Positions 51,906 through 64,000 of a stretch of 64,000 nt of DNA are shown piece after piece (position 1 is the first letter of the stretch; each line of letters begins with the position of its first letter). The position numbers and the translations under genes are program-made. The stretch is from Antedon mediterranea (taxonomy: Eukaryota > Animalia > Echinodermata), in assembly GCF_964355755.1 (NCBI RefSeq), contig NC_092676.1, positions 19,424,871 to 19,488,870 on the forward strand, given 5' to 3'. Under the pieces are notes generated by a model. That model had not been told where the DNA came from and ran no database searches. It saw nothing but the letters and a program-made list of their open reading frames with translations.

Positions 51906-52500
51906 TAAATAAAACACTACAACAATTTGTTTTTGTTTTTTTCACTGACCTTCGCATACAAGATTTGTGTTATGGCCTTGAACATCAAAATCCATCCTCT
52001 TGCATAATGTACATTATGTAATTGCGCTGGGCTGGCATCTGGCATAGTTCTATCCAGCCTAAAACTTGTGTAAAGGCCTTTCACCCAATCTAATTTCAAC
52101 ATGACACCCACACATGAACGTTCTAATTACCGCCACTAGTTGTTAATTTCTGACCTCTAACCTACCTATTTCAGTACTACATTACTGTATTATATGCCTA
52201 AATAATTCATTATATTGGAAAGACATTTTAAAAAAGAAGTTTCCATTTTTTAAATTCACTTTTATTGATCATTGAAATATTTTATAGATTTCTTCTGTTT
52301 TTTATAAAGTTTTATTTCATTTAATGAAAGTCTAAGGTTGTTCTACTTCTAATCTTTCATTAGCTTATGTAATTTTAAGGGTTTTCTTGTAGCAATTGAG
52401 CCATAATTTGGCTCTATTTCTTAAAGTGTACATTAAGAAAAGTAAACAAATGGCTGCCGGTGGAATGCCAATGTTTATCATTGGTAGAGAAACACAATAA

Positions 52501-52640
52501 ACATTGAAATACAGTCAGATCATCGAAGTTAAGCAACGTTGGGGCTAGTTGTGTTCTAAAGCCGTTATCCTGTGAGTAGGGTATCGTCTGGTAGGAGCTG
52601 CACCGCTGGCTGCCGTGGGTTCGTAGAACGTCTAATTTGA
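52501..52640 (+). mobile_element. 5S rRNA-derived fragment (possible SINE3 remnant)
   Basis: GTCAGATCATCGAAGTTAAGCAACGTTGGGGCTAGTT resembles the invertebrate 5S internal control (box A) region; the remainder is not 5S. Confidence 0.45.
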
Positions 52641-52676
52641 CTATCCTCAGTTTTCAGTTAAGCTTGAGGACACTTA

Positions 52677-53556
52677 GGGCGCGTTTATACAACACGCTAT
52701 TACACGCATATTCTACACGCCTACGAGAAGTGTGTTGTATAAAAACAAAGAGATTCCGTGTAATGAGATTTTAGTTGCAAAAAAGGCTACTTGGCTGAAT
52801 CCTAAAATTTTGTGGATTCCCGGTCGCCGTTACCGTGTTGGAAGTGTCCTCAGGGTATATTTTGACCTCGTTAAAACAGGTCGTAATATCAATGTCATGC
52901 GACGTTGCTAACAAAATTGGGCCCATTTATTGCTGCTTCGCTGCCTGCCCAGGGTACAAACAAAAGATCAAACAGTGCGCATTCAGATAATCGTCGTCGG
53001 AACAGATTATTTGTAACCAGTGGCGGTCTCATCAGTAGAATTTCTAGTTTTTCTTTCTTTCTTTCATTTATTTGGCATCTCAATACATAACATTATAAAA
53101 TACATCAATAATATATATTATCACCTTAAATATTAAAATACATCAAAAAAGCAAATAAAAATGGCAGGATTAATGAAGTCTGACGATGCACGGGAAAACA
53201 GACATGTTTTATTATTACGTAACAGATTATCTTCTACAAGCAAGTGAGAACCAAATGTTGTCATTTCTTCGCCATCTTTCACCCTGCTGCCTGCACGTTG
53301 TAGAGCCTAAAAATAACGATGACTTGGAATGACAGTGCCACACAGGCCCTAATAAGTATTTGACAACCCAGCCAATTCAAGCGAACGATTTGACCTTTTA
53401 TCCTAGCATGCACTGCGTGTTGATGAAACTTCCGGTACAACACGGTATCGTGATTTCTAGTATAACAGCAAATGTTAAGGTGGGTTGACCTCGGTCTGAA
53501 CAACACGCTAAAAATTAAAGCCGTGTTCAAATTTAGGGTGTTGTATAAACACGACC
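52677..53556. mobile_element. Harbinger-like non-autonomous TIR element
   Basis: TTA-GGGCGCGTTTATACAACACGCTA ... TAGGGTGTTGTATAAACACGACC-TAA inverted termini with TWA flanks. Confidence 0.65.
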
Positions 53557-54280
53557 TAATAAACAACTTTATCTTTTTACCTTTTAAACCTTAAAACCTG
53601 AGTGTCCCTTTAATAGGGATTGACTATAATGTTAACACAAGTCAAAGTGATCTGTGGTGATTTCAGCTGGTTTTTTTATTTTTTTATCTTGATTATTTTT
53701 TGATATTTTAATAATCTAACTACCATATTGATGAGAGACTTCTGTTATCAAATTCTCAGACCTGAAAAAGATATTGTATCTAAAACATTAAACAGTATGA
53801 CAATAACATGTTAATGTTAGTTGTACTATAGAAGAGTTACAGCTACAAAATATACAGTACCTACTGTCTCTAAAAATGTAACTATTATAAGAATTTACAG
53901 ATTGTGATTTTCAGGTTCCTGTTATGCATGACTAAGTAAAAGGTCTATGCAGAGCATGAGATAATAATATAATAATATAGTGCATTCTAAGATCTAATAG
54001 TAGTAGACCTAGTAGTCCTTATAATACCAGCATATAACTTTTATGCATTTGTACTTTTTAAGTTTAAATACTATAGAACTAGTTTTTTGAACTCATCAAA
54101 GTTTAATATTCAGAAATACTTAAAACAAGCATGAATGTGCGATACTCTGGGTACAGCAAAAGAAGCTGTAATGACGTCATAAGACGGGATGTGACGTCAC
54201 ATACACATCAATAACCTCGCTACCAAATACGGCTATATAAGGTACCATCTTCGAGACGTCATATGGCTGCATCCTGTTTG

Positions 54281-54745
54281 AAATTAAAAAATCCGACTTA
54301 ATAGCTTTAAGGACATGTCCCTTTAGTATATCCATGCCAAATCCCAGCTCAATACTACAACGAATAAGGGAGGAGTAGTACTTTATAAATCGCACTTTTT
54401 ACTCAATAGTCTCGGATGGAAGAGGAGAAAATGAGAGAGTCCTAGACTCTGGTACCCCGAGTAAAAAGTAACATGACATTGGTTGTATGGTCTGAATGAG
54501 TGGTAGAATGTGGTGACAAAGGTATGAGGTACCACAAGGCTATTTTGTGTGCAAAACATTTTTACTCGGGGTACCCGAGTCTAGTACTTACTCATTTTCT
54601 CCTCCACCATCTGGACACTATTGAGTAAAAAGTGCGATTTTTAAAGTACTACTCCTTCCTTATTAGTTGTAGTATTGAGCTGGGATTTGGCATGAACATA
54701 CTACAGGGACATGTCCTCAAAGCTATAGAGCCGGATTTTTAATTT
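54281..54745. repeat. Long imperfect palindrome (~185-bp arms, ~90-bp spacer)
   Basis: 54281-54467 (…CATGCCAAATCCCAGCTCAATACTACAAC…GTACCCCGAGTAAAAA) is reverse-complemented at 54558-54745. Confidence 0.85.
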
Positions 54746-54825
54746 TTTGTTAATTAATTTGTTTAATTAAGAATCCACAATGTGTGACACACACCACAGC
54801 GTTATGTAGTTATATGGTTATATGC

Positions 54826-54898
54826 GGCTTCTTGGCGTAGTGGTTATCACGTTTGCTCAATACGCAGAAGGTACCTGGTTCGAGCCCAGGCTAAACCT
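54826..54898 (+). pseudogene. tRNA-Val-derived pseudogene
   Basis: GGCTTCTTGGCGTAGTGGTTATCACGTTTGCTCAATACGCAGAAGGTACCTGGTTCGAGCCCAGGCTAAACC plus T-run. T arm intact, acceptor stem broken, anticodon loop mutated. Confidence 0.7.
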
Positions 54899-55107
54899 TT
54901 TTTTTTAAACTTTATGGTGAAAAGTACTGTATACGCAATATGATAATTATACACAGTATATCTTATTATTATTTTTTTAAATACTTATTTTGTGTAATCG
55001 GTAATTATCACTTTTACACATGTTTATTTTGCTTTGTGCTTATTACCATTTATTTGTAATTTAAATGGATTAAAAAACTTTCTGTAATCCACAATTTCAA
55101 TGTAAGA

Positions 55108-55179
55108 GGTTTCGTAGTGTAGTGGTTGTCAAGTCTGCTTAACACGCAGAAGGTCCCGGTTCGAGCCCTGGCGAAACCT
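55108..55179 (+). tRNA. tRNA-Val(AAC), probably degenerate or pseudogenic
   Basis: Acceptor GGTTTCG/CGAAACC, anticodon arm TCTGC-TTAACAC-GCAGA, A box TAGTGTAGTGG, B box GGTTCGAGCC, followed by a T-run. Mismatches in the D and T stems. Confidence 0.7.
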
Positions 55180-58100
55180 ATTTTTCTTTAACTTTCTAAC
55201 TGTATACGTCTGTATACAGCTTCTTTCGCTGTACCCCGAGTATTGCACATTCGTGCTTGTTTCTTTTAGATGTTTTCTACTGCATGAACTATTAAAGGTA
55301 TTTTCTTGTGTGTATATTTTCCACTGAATGAAAATATTCACTTCATCTACTCATAAACATTTATTTCATCACGATTTACTACTGTTATAGTGTAAACTTT
55401 TATTTTGCCGCTTTCATCTTAAATCGAATGTTCTCATTAAAAAATATGGAACCCAGAATAGAACCATTAAATCAATAAATAATGCACTCTATAGGATGGT
55501 TTGCACTCGTGTGTAAATTTGTTTAACAAATCATCAACATGCAATGCGAATGGCGCCAAATAACGCCTGCCATGTGATACATAATCAACCAATCACATGG
55601 CAAGGATATGCTTTTAAACATGTTATACAGTATATAGACTTAAATGACATGAATCATAATAATAAATGTTATCATTATCATGACATATAATCAATAACAA
55701 AATTGATTGATGTATTTTTATGCGTTTAAAAAGCAAAAAAATATTATAGAAAGTCCTTCACCCTACAATGACTTACATTAGCTAAATAATTCTAACAATA
55801 AAATATGATAATTTAATATCTTTGTCCTTCTGTATTCTAGATTACAATGTGAAAATATTATATACTATCAGTTTCACTTCATAGATCGCTCCATCAAAGA
55901 CCTACAAAAAAAAATTAAAATCGGCTATAAAATGATTTACAGAAAATTATAAGTTCATGTAAAGTCGTTTCTGTCATGAATTTGTTAACCTATTTATTAA
56001 AAGGTGATCATCAGATACAAAGTCTTCTACAATTGATTGGCTAACTGCCACTAGTGGTTTCAACATTAATTCTATCGATCGCAATGCACAGCCCTCTGGA
56101 CACTTTTTCGTTGATATGTTATCCTCGGGATATAGAACATCTTTAATTGCAGATTCGAAGTATTGACCATGTTCTAACAGTTTTAATTGTTCTTATTGAA
56201 AAGAGAACTTTACCTAACAAAAAAATGAATTTTAAGTTCAAGACTATAGTTCAAACATATGTTGTGCTTTTATGGTCTCTGTTCCTCATATTTTGACGAT
56301 TTTGTGACATCAAGTGATATGAGTGAATACATTAGGTTATTACATTGATTGAAGGTCAATCTAATAATACGTTTTTACATTCATTATTATACTTCTAGAA
56401 TATAGAACAAATTTCCAAAGAATTAACGAAATATCAAACAATATTAAACTTTATTTTCCAACTTTAAACAGTTATGTCAAATAAATATATACCGTACTAA
56501 CAATGTTCATATTGAATTGTATGTAAAATGTTTCTGTTTTTTTAATTATTTTAGTGTTGTGAAAAGCTGTTTTAAAGTATTTTTGTACAACTTGTTATGT
56601 ATCTTTTGGAGTAAAAGCAGTTAATCTGTTTGGGCTCTTTCATGTACTTGCTCCTCTTGTAAATTATGTACTTTTTAACTTACCGAATAAATAATATTAT
56701 TGTATTCCACATTGTAATGTTATACTGGTAGAGCTAAACAATCACCCAACGAGAGACTCTCAGGCCAGTCCCTTGGTAGAGATCTGCAAGGTGAATCTTT
56801 GTTTGTGAATGAAAATAGAAGATTAAAGGTTAATACATACTAAATGAGTAGCACATTTTTATGTTCAATTATGGAAATCTTACTTTGTAATTTATCTTTA
56901 ACAATGGAAAGTGAAAGGATAAACTAAGGTCAGACAAAACCATTATGTTCCCATCAAATGAACATAAACTGGCTCTTAATTCCATTAAGTCCTGAGATTT
57001 TCACTTTGTTTACTTAATATTAAAAATAAATTGCTTTTTATTGGGAATACTTATTTCACTGTTATAAATATAGTTTTATGTGTTCTTGCGAACAAAAGAA
57101 AGTGAACTAATACAACAAAGTTTACTGTTACAATTAAATTACGTAATGAGTACATTAGGATTGAATTGTACTGATGGTTTTTTACCGAAAAGTAAACAGA
57201 ATTGTTTTCTTGTGACCTCATTGTTATTTGCTTTTGAGATTATGTCTGGAATTCATTCTCTTGACCAAACCACCATAATCTGCATTACCAATCTTTGTTG
57301 CCTGTTACTGTTAGCATATGATTTACATCCTTTGCCTGTCCTATGTCAATTTAAATGATTTCTTCTATGCTTCTGCATCTTTTTATTCTCTCTACTTGAC
57401 CAAACCACTGTAATCTGCATTTACTAATCTTTGTAGCCTGTTACTGCAGTTACCTTATGATTTACATCCTTTGCCTGTCCAAATATAAATTTAAATGATT
57501 TCTTCTATGCTTCTGCATCTTTTTATTCTCTCCACTTGACCAAACCACTGTAATCTGCATTTACTAATCTTTGTAGCCTGTTACTGCAGTTAGCTTATGA
57601 TTTACATCCTTTGCCTGTCCAAATATAAATTTAAATGATTTCTTCTCTGCTTCTGCATCTTTTTATTCCCTCCACTTGACCAAACCACTGTAATCTGCAT
57701 TTACCAATCTTTGTAGCCTGTTACTGCAGTTAGCTTATGATTTACATCCTTTGCCTGTCCAAATATAAATTTAAATGCTTTCTTCTATGCTTCTGCATCT
57801 TTTTATTCTCTCCATTTGATCAAACCACCGTAATCTGCATTTTCCAATCTTTGTACCTTGGCACTGCAGTAAATATATGATTTACATCCTTTGCCTGTCC
57901 AAATATAAATTTAAATGATTTCTTCTATGCTTCTGCATCTTTCTTTTTATTCCCTTCACTTGACCAAACCACCGTAATCTGCATTTTCCAATCTTTGTAC
58001 CTTGGCACTGCAGTAAACATATGATTTACATCCTTTGCCTGTCCAAATATATATTTAAATGATTTCTTCTATGCTTCTGCATCTTTTTATTCCCTTCACT

Positions 58101-60044
58101 TGACCAAACAACCGTAATCTGCATTTACCAATCTTTGTAGCCTGTTACTGCAGTTAGCTTATGATTTACATCCTTTGCCTGTCCAAATATAAATTTAAAT
58201 GATTTCTTCTCTGCTTCTGCATCTTTTTATTCCCTCCACTTGACCAAACCACTGTAATCTGCATTTACCAATCTTTGTAGCCTGTTACTGCAGTTAGCTT
58301 ATGATTTACATCCTTTGCCTGTCCAAATATAAATTTAAATGCTTTCTTCTATGCTTCTGCATCTTTTTATTCTCTCCATTTGATCAAACCACCGTAATCT
58401 GCATTTTCCAATCTTTGTACCTTGGCACTGCAGTAAATATATGATTTACATCCTTTGCCTGTCCAAATATAAATTTAAATGATTTCTTCTATGCTTCTGC
58501 ATCTTTCTTTTTATTCCCTTCACTTGACCAAACCACCGTAATCTGCATTTTCCAATCTTTGTACCTTGGCACTGCAGTAAACATATGATTTACATCATTT
58601 GCCTGTCCAAATATATATTTAAATGATTTCTTCTATGCTTCTGCATCTTTTTATTCCCTTCACTTGACCAAACAACCGTAATCTGCATTTACAAATCTTT
58701 GTAGCCTGTTACTGCAGTTAGCTTATGATTTACATCCTTTGCCTGTCCAAATATAAATTTAAATGCTTTCTTCTATGCTTCTGCATCTTTTTATTCTCTC
58801 CATTTGATCAAACCACCGTAATCTGCATTTTCCAATTTTTGTACCTTGGCACTGCAGTAAATATATGATTTACATCCTTTGCCTGTCCAAATATAAATTT
58901 AAATGATTTCTTCTATGCTTCTGCATCTTTTTATTCCCTTCACTTGACCAAACCACCGTAATCTACATTTACTAATCTTTGTACCTTGGCACTGCAGTTA
59001 GCTTATGATTTACATCCTTTGCCTGTCCAAATATAAATTTAAATGATTTCTTCTATGCTTCTGCATCTTTTTATTCCCTTCACTTGACCAAACCACCGTA
59101 ATCTACATTTACCAATCTTTGTACCTTGGCACTGCAGTTAGCTTATGATTTACATCCTTTGCCTGTCCTAATGTCAATTAAATGATTTTTTCTATGCTTC
59201 TTCATCTTCTTATTCCCTTCACTTGACCAAACCACCATAATCTGCATTTACCAATCTTTGTAGCCTGTTACTGCAGTAAACATATGATTTACATCCTTTG
59301 CCTGTCCTAATATAAATGTAAATGATTTCTTCTATGCTTCTGCATCTTTTTATTCCCTTCACTTGACCAAACCACCGTAATCTGCATTTATCAATCTTTG
59401 TTTCCTGTTACTGCAATTAGCATATGATTTACATCCTTTGCCTGTCCTAATGTCAATTAAATGATTTTTTCTATGCTTCTTCATCTTCTTATTCCCTTCA
59501 CTTGACCAAACCACCGTAATCTGCATTTTCCAATCTTTGTACCTTGGCACTGCAGTTAACATATGATTTACATACTTTGCCTGTCCTAATGTCAATTTAA
59601 ATGATTTCTTCCATGCTTCTGCATCTTCTTATTCCCTTCACTTGACCAAACCACCGTAATCTGCATTTATCAATCTTTGTTTCCTGTTACTGCAATTAGC
59701 ATATGATTTACATCCTTTGCCTGTCCTAATGTCAATTTAAATGATTTTTTCTCTGCTTCTGCATCTTTTTATTCTCTCCACTTGACCAAACCACCGTAAT
59801 CTGCATTTTCCAATCTTTGTACCTTGGCACTGCAGTAAACATATGATTTACATCCTTTGCCTGTCCTAAGATAAATTTAAAAGATTTTTTCCATGCTTCT
59901 GCATTTTCCTTTTTATTCTCTCCAATTGACCAAACCACCGTAATCTGCATTTTCCAATCTTTATACCTTGGCACTGCAGTAAACATATGATTTACATCCT
60001 TTGCCTGTCCTAAGATAAATTTAAAAGATTTTTCCATGCTTCTG

Positions 60045-60941
60045 ATTTTTCCCCGTCCGATTGTTCGTTTAGTTTTAAATTTCATTTGTGATAGGAAACA
60101 ATTTGTTAATATTAATGGTGTTAAGTCAGAAATCGTAACCTCTGACACCGGTGTTCCTCAGGGTACTGTCAACGCACCTAAATTATATTCCTTGTATACG
60201 GCGGATTACAGATCTTTAAATGATGAGCTTTGCCCCGTTGTTAAATTCGCTGATGACACTAGTACTATTGGTCTCATAGTTTCAAACAATGATGAAAATT
60301 ATCGTAGCGAAATACAAAGATTTGTTAAATTTTGTGACGATAATTATCTCCAAATAAATGCATCAAAAACAAAGGAGATGATCATTGATTTTAGGACTAA
60401 ACATAAATTTAATTTTCAACCAATCACTATCAAAGGTAAAGAAATTGAAATTGTTGACCAGTACAAGTATCTAGGAATTGTTTTCAATGATAAACTGAGT
60501 TGGGGAGACCATATAGACTTCATCAGCAAAAAATTAAGTCCCAGAATGTATTGTATGAGAACTTTATATAAATTTAACTCCTGTGATTTGATGTTACTTT
60601 CGTTCTATAGATCCGTTATATGTAGTGTTTGGACGTATTGCCTCTCCTGTTGGGCTGGTAATGTTACCGGAGGGAATAAAGGACGCCTTGAAACTTTCAT
60701 CCGTCGGGCTGGTAAAATGATTGGTCTGGAACTGCCTTCCTTTACCGATGTGCACCTAGAACACCTCCAGAAAGATTTCGAACGCATTGAGTCGGATGCC
60801 TCTCATCCTCTCCACAAAGTGATCATAGACCAACTTAATCCAAGTGGTAGATTGAGGCTCCTCAGTGTGAAAACAAATCGATTTGCTAAATCCTTTATTC
60901 CCTCCGGTATCATCCAGTACAACAGGAAGTCAAGAAGATAA
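60045..60941 (+). CDS. LINE reverse transcriptase C-terminal fragment
   Basis: TGVPQGTVNAPKLYSLYT, VKFADDT, INASKTKEMIIDFR, YKYLGI, FYRSVICSVWTYCLSCW. The ATG in the ORF track (60036) lies in satellite DNA, not in the element. Confidence 0.88.
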   Translation: MFPRPIVRLVLNFICDRKQFVNINGVKSEIVTSDTGVPQGTVNAPKLYSLYTADYRSLNDELCPVVKFADDTSTIGLIVSNNDENYRSEIQRFVKFCDDNYLQINASKTKEMIIDFRTKHKFNFQPITIKGKEIEIVDQYKYLGIVFNDKLSWGDHIDFISKKLSPRMYCMRTLYKFNSCDLMLLSFYRSVICSVWTYCLSCWAGNVTGGNKGRLETFIRRAGKMIGLELPSFTDVHLEHLQKDFERIESDASHPLHKVIIDQLNPSGRLRLLSVKTNRFAKSFIPSGIIQYNRKSRR

Positions 60942-61087
60942 TTTTATATTGTAATTTTTTAGATGTTTTTATATGAATGGTGTTATGCTATATTTGTTTT
61001 TATAGTGTTTTCTTTGTTATTATGACGAGCAATGAATTTCCTTTTTGAGAGGATCAATAAAAGTTATCTTATCTTATCTTATCTTAT
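60045..61087 (+). mobile_element. 5'-truncated LINE (Rex1/Babar-like, CR1 group) inserted in the satellite array
   Basis: RT C-terminal half, AATAAA, (ATCTT)n tail. CTTCTG is present on both sides (60039-60044 and 61088-61093). Clade assignment is from recalled motif similarity only. Confidence 0.88.
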
Positions 61088-64000
61088 CTTCTGCATTTTC
61101 CTTTTTATTCTCTCCACTTGACCAAACCACCGTAATCTGCATTTCCCAATCTTTGTACCTTGGCACTGCAGTAAACATATCATTTACATCCTTTGCCTGT
61201 CCTAAGATAAATTTAAAAGATTTTTTCCATGCTTCTGCATTTTCCTTTTTATTCTCTCCACTTGACCAAACCACCGTAATCTGCATTTTCCAATCTTTGT
61301 ACCTTGGCACTGCAGTAAACATATCATTTACATCCTTTGCCTGTCCTAAGATAAATTTAAAAGATTTTTTCCATGCTTCTGCATTTTCCTTTTTATTCTC
61401 TCCACTTGACCAAACCACCGTAATCTGCATTTCCCAATCTTTGTACCTTGGCACTGCAGTAAACATATGATTTACATCCTTTGCCTGTCCTAAGATAAAT
61501 TTAAAAGATTTTTTCCATGCTTCTTCATTTTCCTTTTTATTCTCTCCACTTGACCAAACCACCGTAATCTGCATTTCCCAATCTTTTGTACCTTGGCACT
61601 GCAGTAAACATATGATTTACATCCTTTGCCTGTCCAAATATAAATTTAAATGATTTCTTCTATGCTTCTGCATCTTCTTATTCCCTTCACTTGACCAAAC
61701 CACCGTAATCTGCATTTTCCAATCTTTGTACCTTGGCACTGCAGTAAACATATGATTTACATCCTTTGCCTGTCCAAATTTAAATTTAAATGATTTCTTC
61801 TATGCTTCTGCATCTTTTTATCTCTCCACTTGACCAAACCAATGTAATCTGCATTTACTAATCTTTGTAGCCTGTTACTGCAGTTAGCATATGATTTACA
61901 TCCTTTGCCTGTCCAAATATAAATTTAAATGATTTCTTCTATGCTTCTGCATCTTTTTATTCTCTCCACTCGACCAAACCAATGTAATCTGCATTTACTA
62001 ATCTTTGTAGCCTGTTACTGCAGTTAGCGTATGATTTACATCCTTTGCCTGTCTTAATGTCAATTTAAATGATTTCTTCTATGCTTCTGCATCTTTTTAT
62101 TCTTTCCACTTGACCAAACCAATGTAATCTGCATTTACTAATCTTTGTAGCCTGTTACTGCAGTTAGCATATGATTTACATCCTTTGCCTGTCCAAATAT
62201 AAATTTAAATGATTTCTTCTATGCTTCTGCATCTTTTTATTCTCTCCACTTGACCAAACCAATGTAATCTGCATTTACTAATCTTTGTAGCCTGTTACTG
62301 CAGTTAGCATATGATTTACATCCTTTGCCTGTCCTAATGTCAATTTAAATGATTTCTTCTCTGCTTCTGCATCTTTTTATTCTCTCCACTTGACCAAACC
62401 AATGTAATCTGCATTTACTAATCTTTGTAGCCTGTTACTGCAGTTAGCATATGATTTACATCCTTTGCCTGTCCAAATATAAATTTAAATGATTTCTTCT
62501 ATGCTTCTGCATCTTTTTATTCTCTCCACTTGACCAAACCAATGTAATCTGCATTTACTAATCTTTGTAGGCTGTTACTGCAGTTAGCATATGATTTACA
62601 TCCTTTGCCTGTCCTAATGTCAATTTAAATGATTTCTTCTATGCTTCTGCATCTTTTTATTCTCTCCACTTGACCAAACCAATGTAATCTGCATTTACTA
62701 ATCTTTGTAGCCTGTTACTGCAGTTAGCATATGATTTACATCCTTTGCCTGTCCAAATATAAATTTAAATGATTTCTTCTATGCTTCTGCATCTTTTTAT
62801 TCTCTCCACTTGACCAAACCAATGTAATCTGCATTTACTAATCTTTGTAGCCTGTTACTGCAGTTAGCATATGATTTACATCCTTTGCCTGTCCAAATAT
62901 AAATTTAAATTATTTCTTCTCTGCTTCTGCTTCTTTCTTCCTTCTCTTTTTCACTGTAACAGTGTAATCTACATTTATCATCATCATCATGCATCTTCTA
63001 TTCTCTAGGTAGAATTATTTGCATGAGGCACTATTATTAGCATAGTGTCTCATCAGTGTATTAAATAATAAAAAAAACTTTATCCACTAGATTTCAATGG
63101 GATAAAGTTGTTAAAATCCCTGTATATATAATCTAGTTTTCTAATCCAGTTCAAAGAATTGCCTGATTGTATTTTAATAACCTTTATTATTTATTCTAGT
63201 TTACTAATCCAATCAAAGAAAACAGACCTATAAATATTGAACAGAATTTGTCTTTCAATGCCATTATTTATATTCTAGTCTATCAATAAATATTAAAGTA
63301 CCTAATATTATTGAACTTAACTGTTTGATAAATGTAATATATAATAGCATATAATTTTTTGGGCTATTATTTTTTTTAATTCAAAATTACTTTAGTGAAA
63401 CAAATCAAACAGCGTTTAATGTATTTTAATGTGTTTAATGTAGGCTTGACGTTGAAGTCTAAATAGAATCTTAGTATCATATCTGTCTACATTGCTGGTG
63501 TTGGAGCCACGTGGATTAGTTTCATTTTTTGACACATTAATTCTGCTTAAGTTAAAATTGCAAGCTTATGATAATTGCATTCATGTTTTGGTAAAGCATG
63601 ATTAAAAATGTATTGTTTATATACAATTGTAACGTTAGGCTGGTTGACTAAGCTCTTCCTATTACAAATGGAGATATTTATTTTTTTTCTCTTTTTTTTT
63701 TTTTTTTTTGCTTTATTAAAAATCAACCAAAACACACGGAAAAATATCAAATTTATTTTAACTCTTTCTGTATTATTAAAAAAACACAAACATTATATTG
63801 ATTGAGTAGTGTATTACGATCTTCCTTTCCGTGACCTGTTTAAACAAGAAAAACTAAATGTATGTCTCATTTTTATCGTATTAGCTGACCTAATTCTTGT
63901 TTGTCATTCTATTTATGTACGTCAATTAAATTTACACAACATATAACATTGCCTGTATACATAATTTACATTACTATGTAATCTGAGATAGACTACGGAC

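Larger units (their letters stand above)
57245..62975. repeat. 140-bp tandem satellite (~33 units, some 144-bp variants), interrupted by a LINE
   Basis: TCTTCT(A/C)TGCTTCTGCATC recurs at 57361, 57501, 57641, 57781 (period 140) and continues after the LINE to ~62975. Confidence 0.97.

Noticed and set aside
53915-53935. Candidate PAAF1 exon 11 (…TTTTCAG|GTTCCTGTTAT, GSCY)
   Set aside because: Stops after five codons and lacks the expected downstream motifs. A second candidate near 56730-56790 also does not match.
61074-61574. Repeat-protein-like ORFs (48-aa unit MQITVVWSSGENKK…) in the satellite, also 59359-60148
   Set aside because: Open only where 144-bp variants cluster. The dominant 140-bp unit is not a multiple of three and contains stops.
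57245-62975. CRISPR-like array
   Set aside because: Whole monomers repeat with no unique spacers, there are no cas genes, and the context is eukaryotic.

Overview
AT-rich eukaryotic (invertebrate-type, plausibly echinoderm; this is inference) genomic DNA with spliced genes. On the minus strand are a complete 4-exon DNAJC24/DPH4 gene, whose J-domain reads YPD instead of HPD, and a tandem cluster of three intact 5-exon apolipoprotein-L (APOL)-like genes. On the plus strand, head-to-head with the third APOL gene, are the first 10 coding exons of PAAF1; its 3' exons were not found in the window. Introns and intergenic DNA are packed with mobile DNA: two 5'-truncated LINEs with RT ORFs, degraded LINE and SINE pieces, Helentron-type non-autonomous elements (one as a head-to-tail trimer), several MITE families with nested insertions, two degenerate tRNA-Val copies, and a 140-bp satellite array interrupted by a LINE. 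The most unusual signal is the palindrome TAGGCCTA. It is strongly over-represented, clustered near gene 5' ends, and appears as two independent in-frame +6 nt (GGCCTA) insertions at TA sites in coding exons of one APOL paralogue. All exon coordinates were read by hand from GT-AG boundaries and frame continuity.
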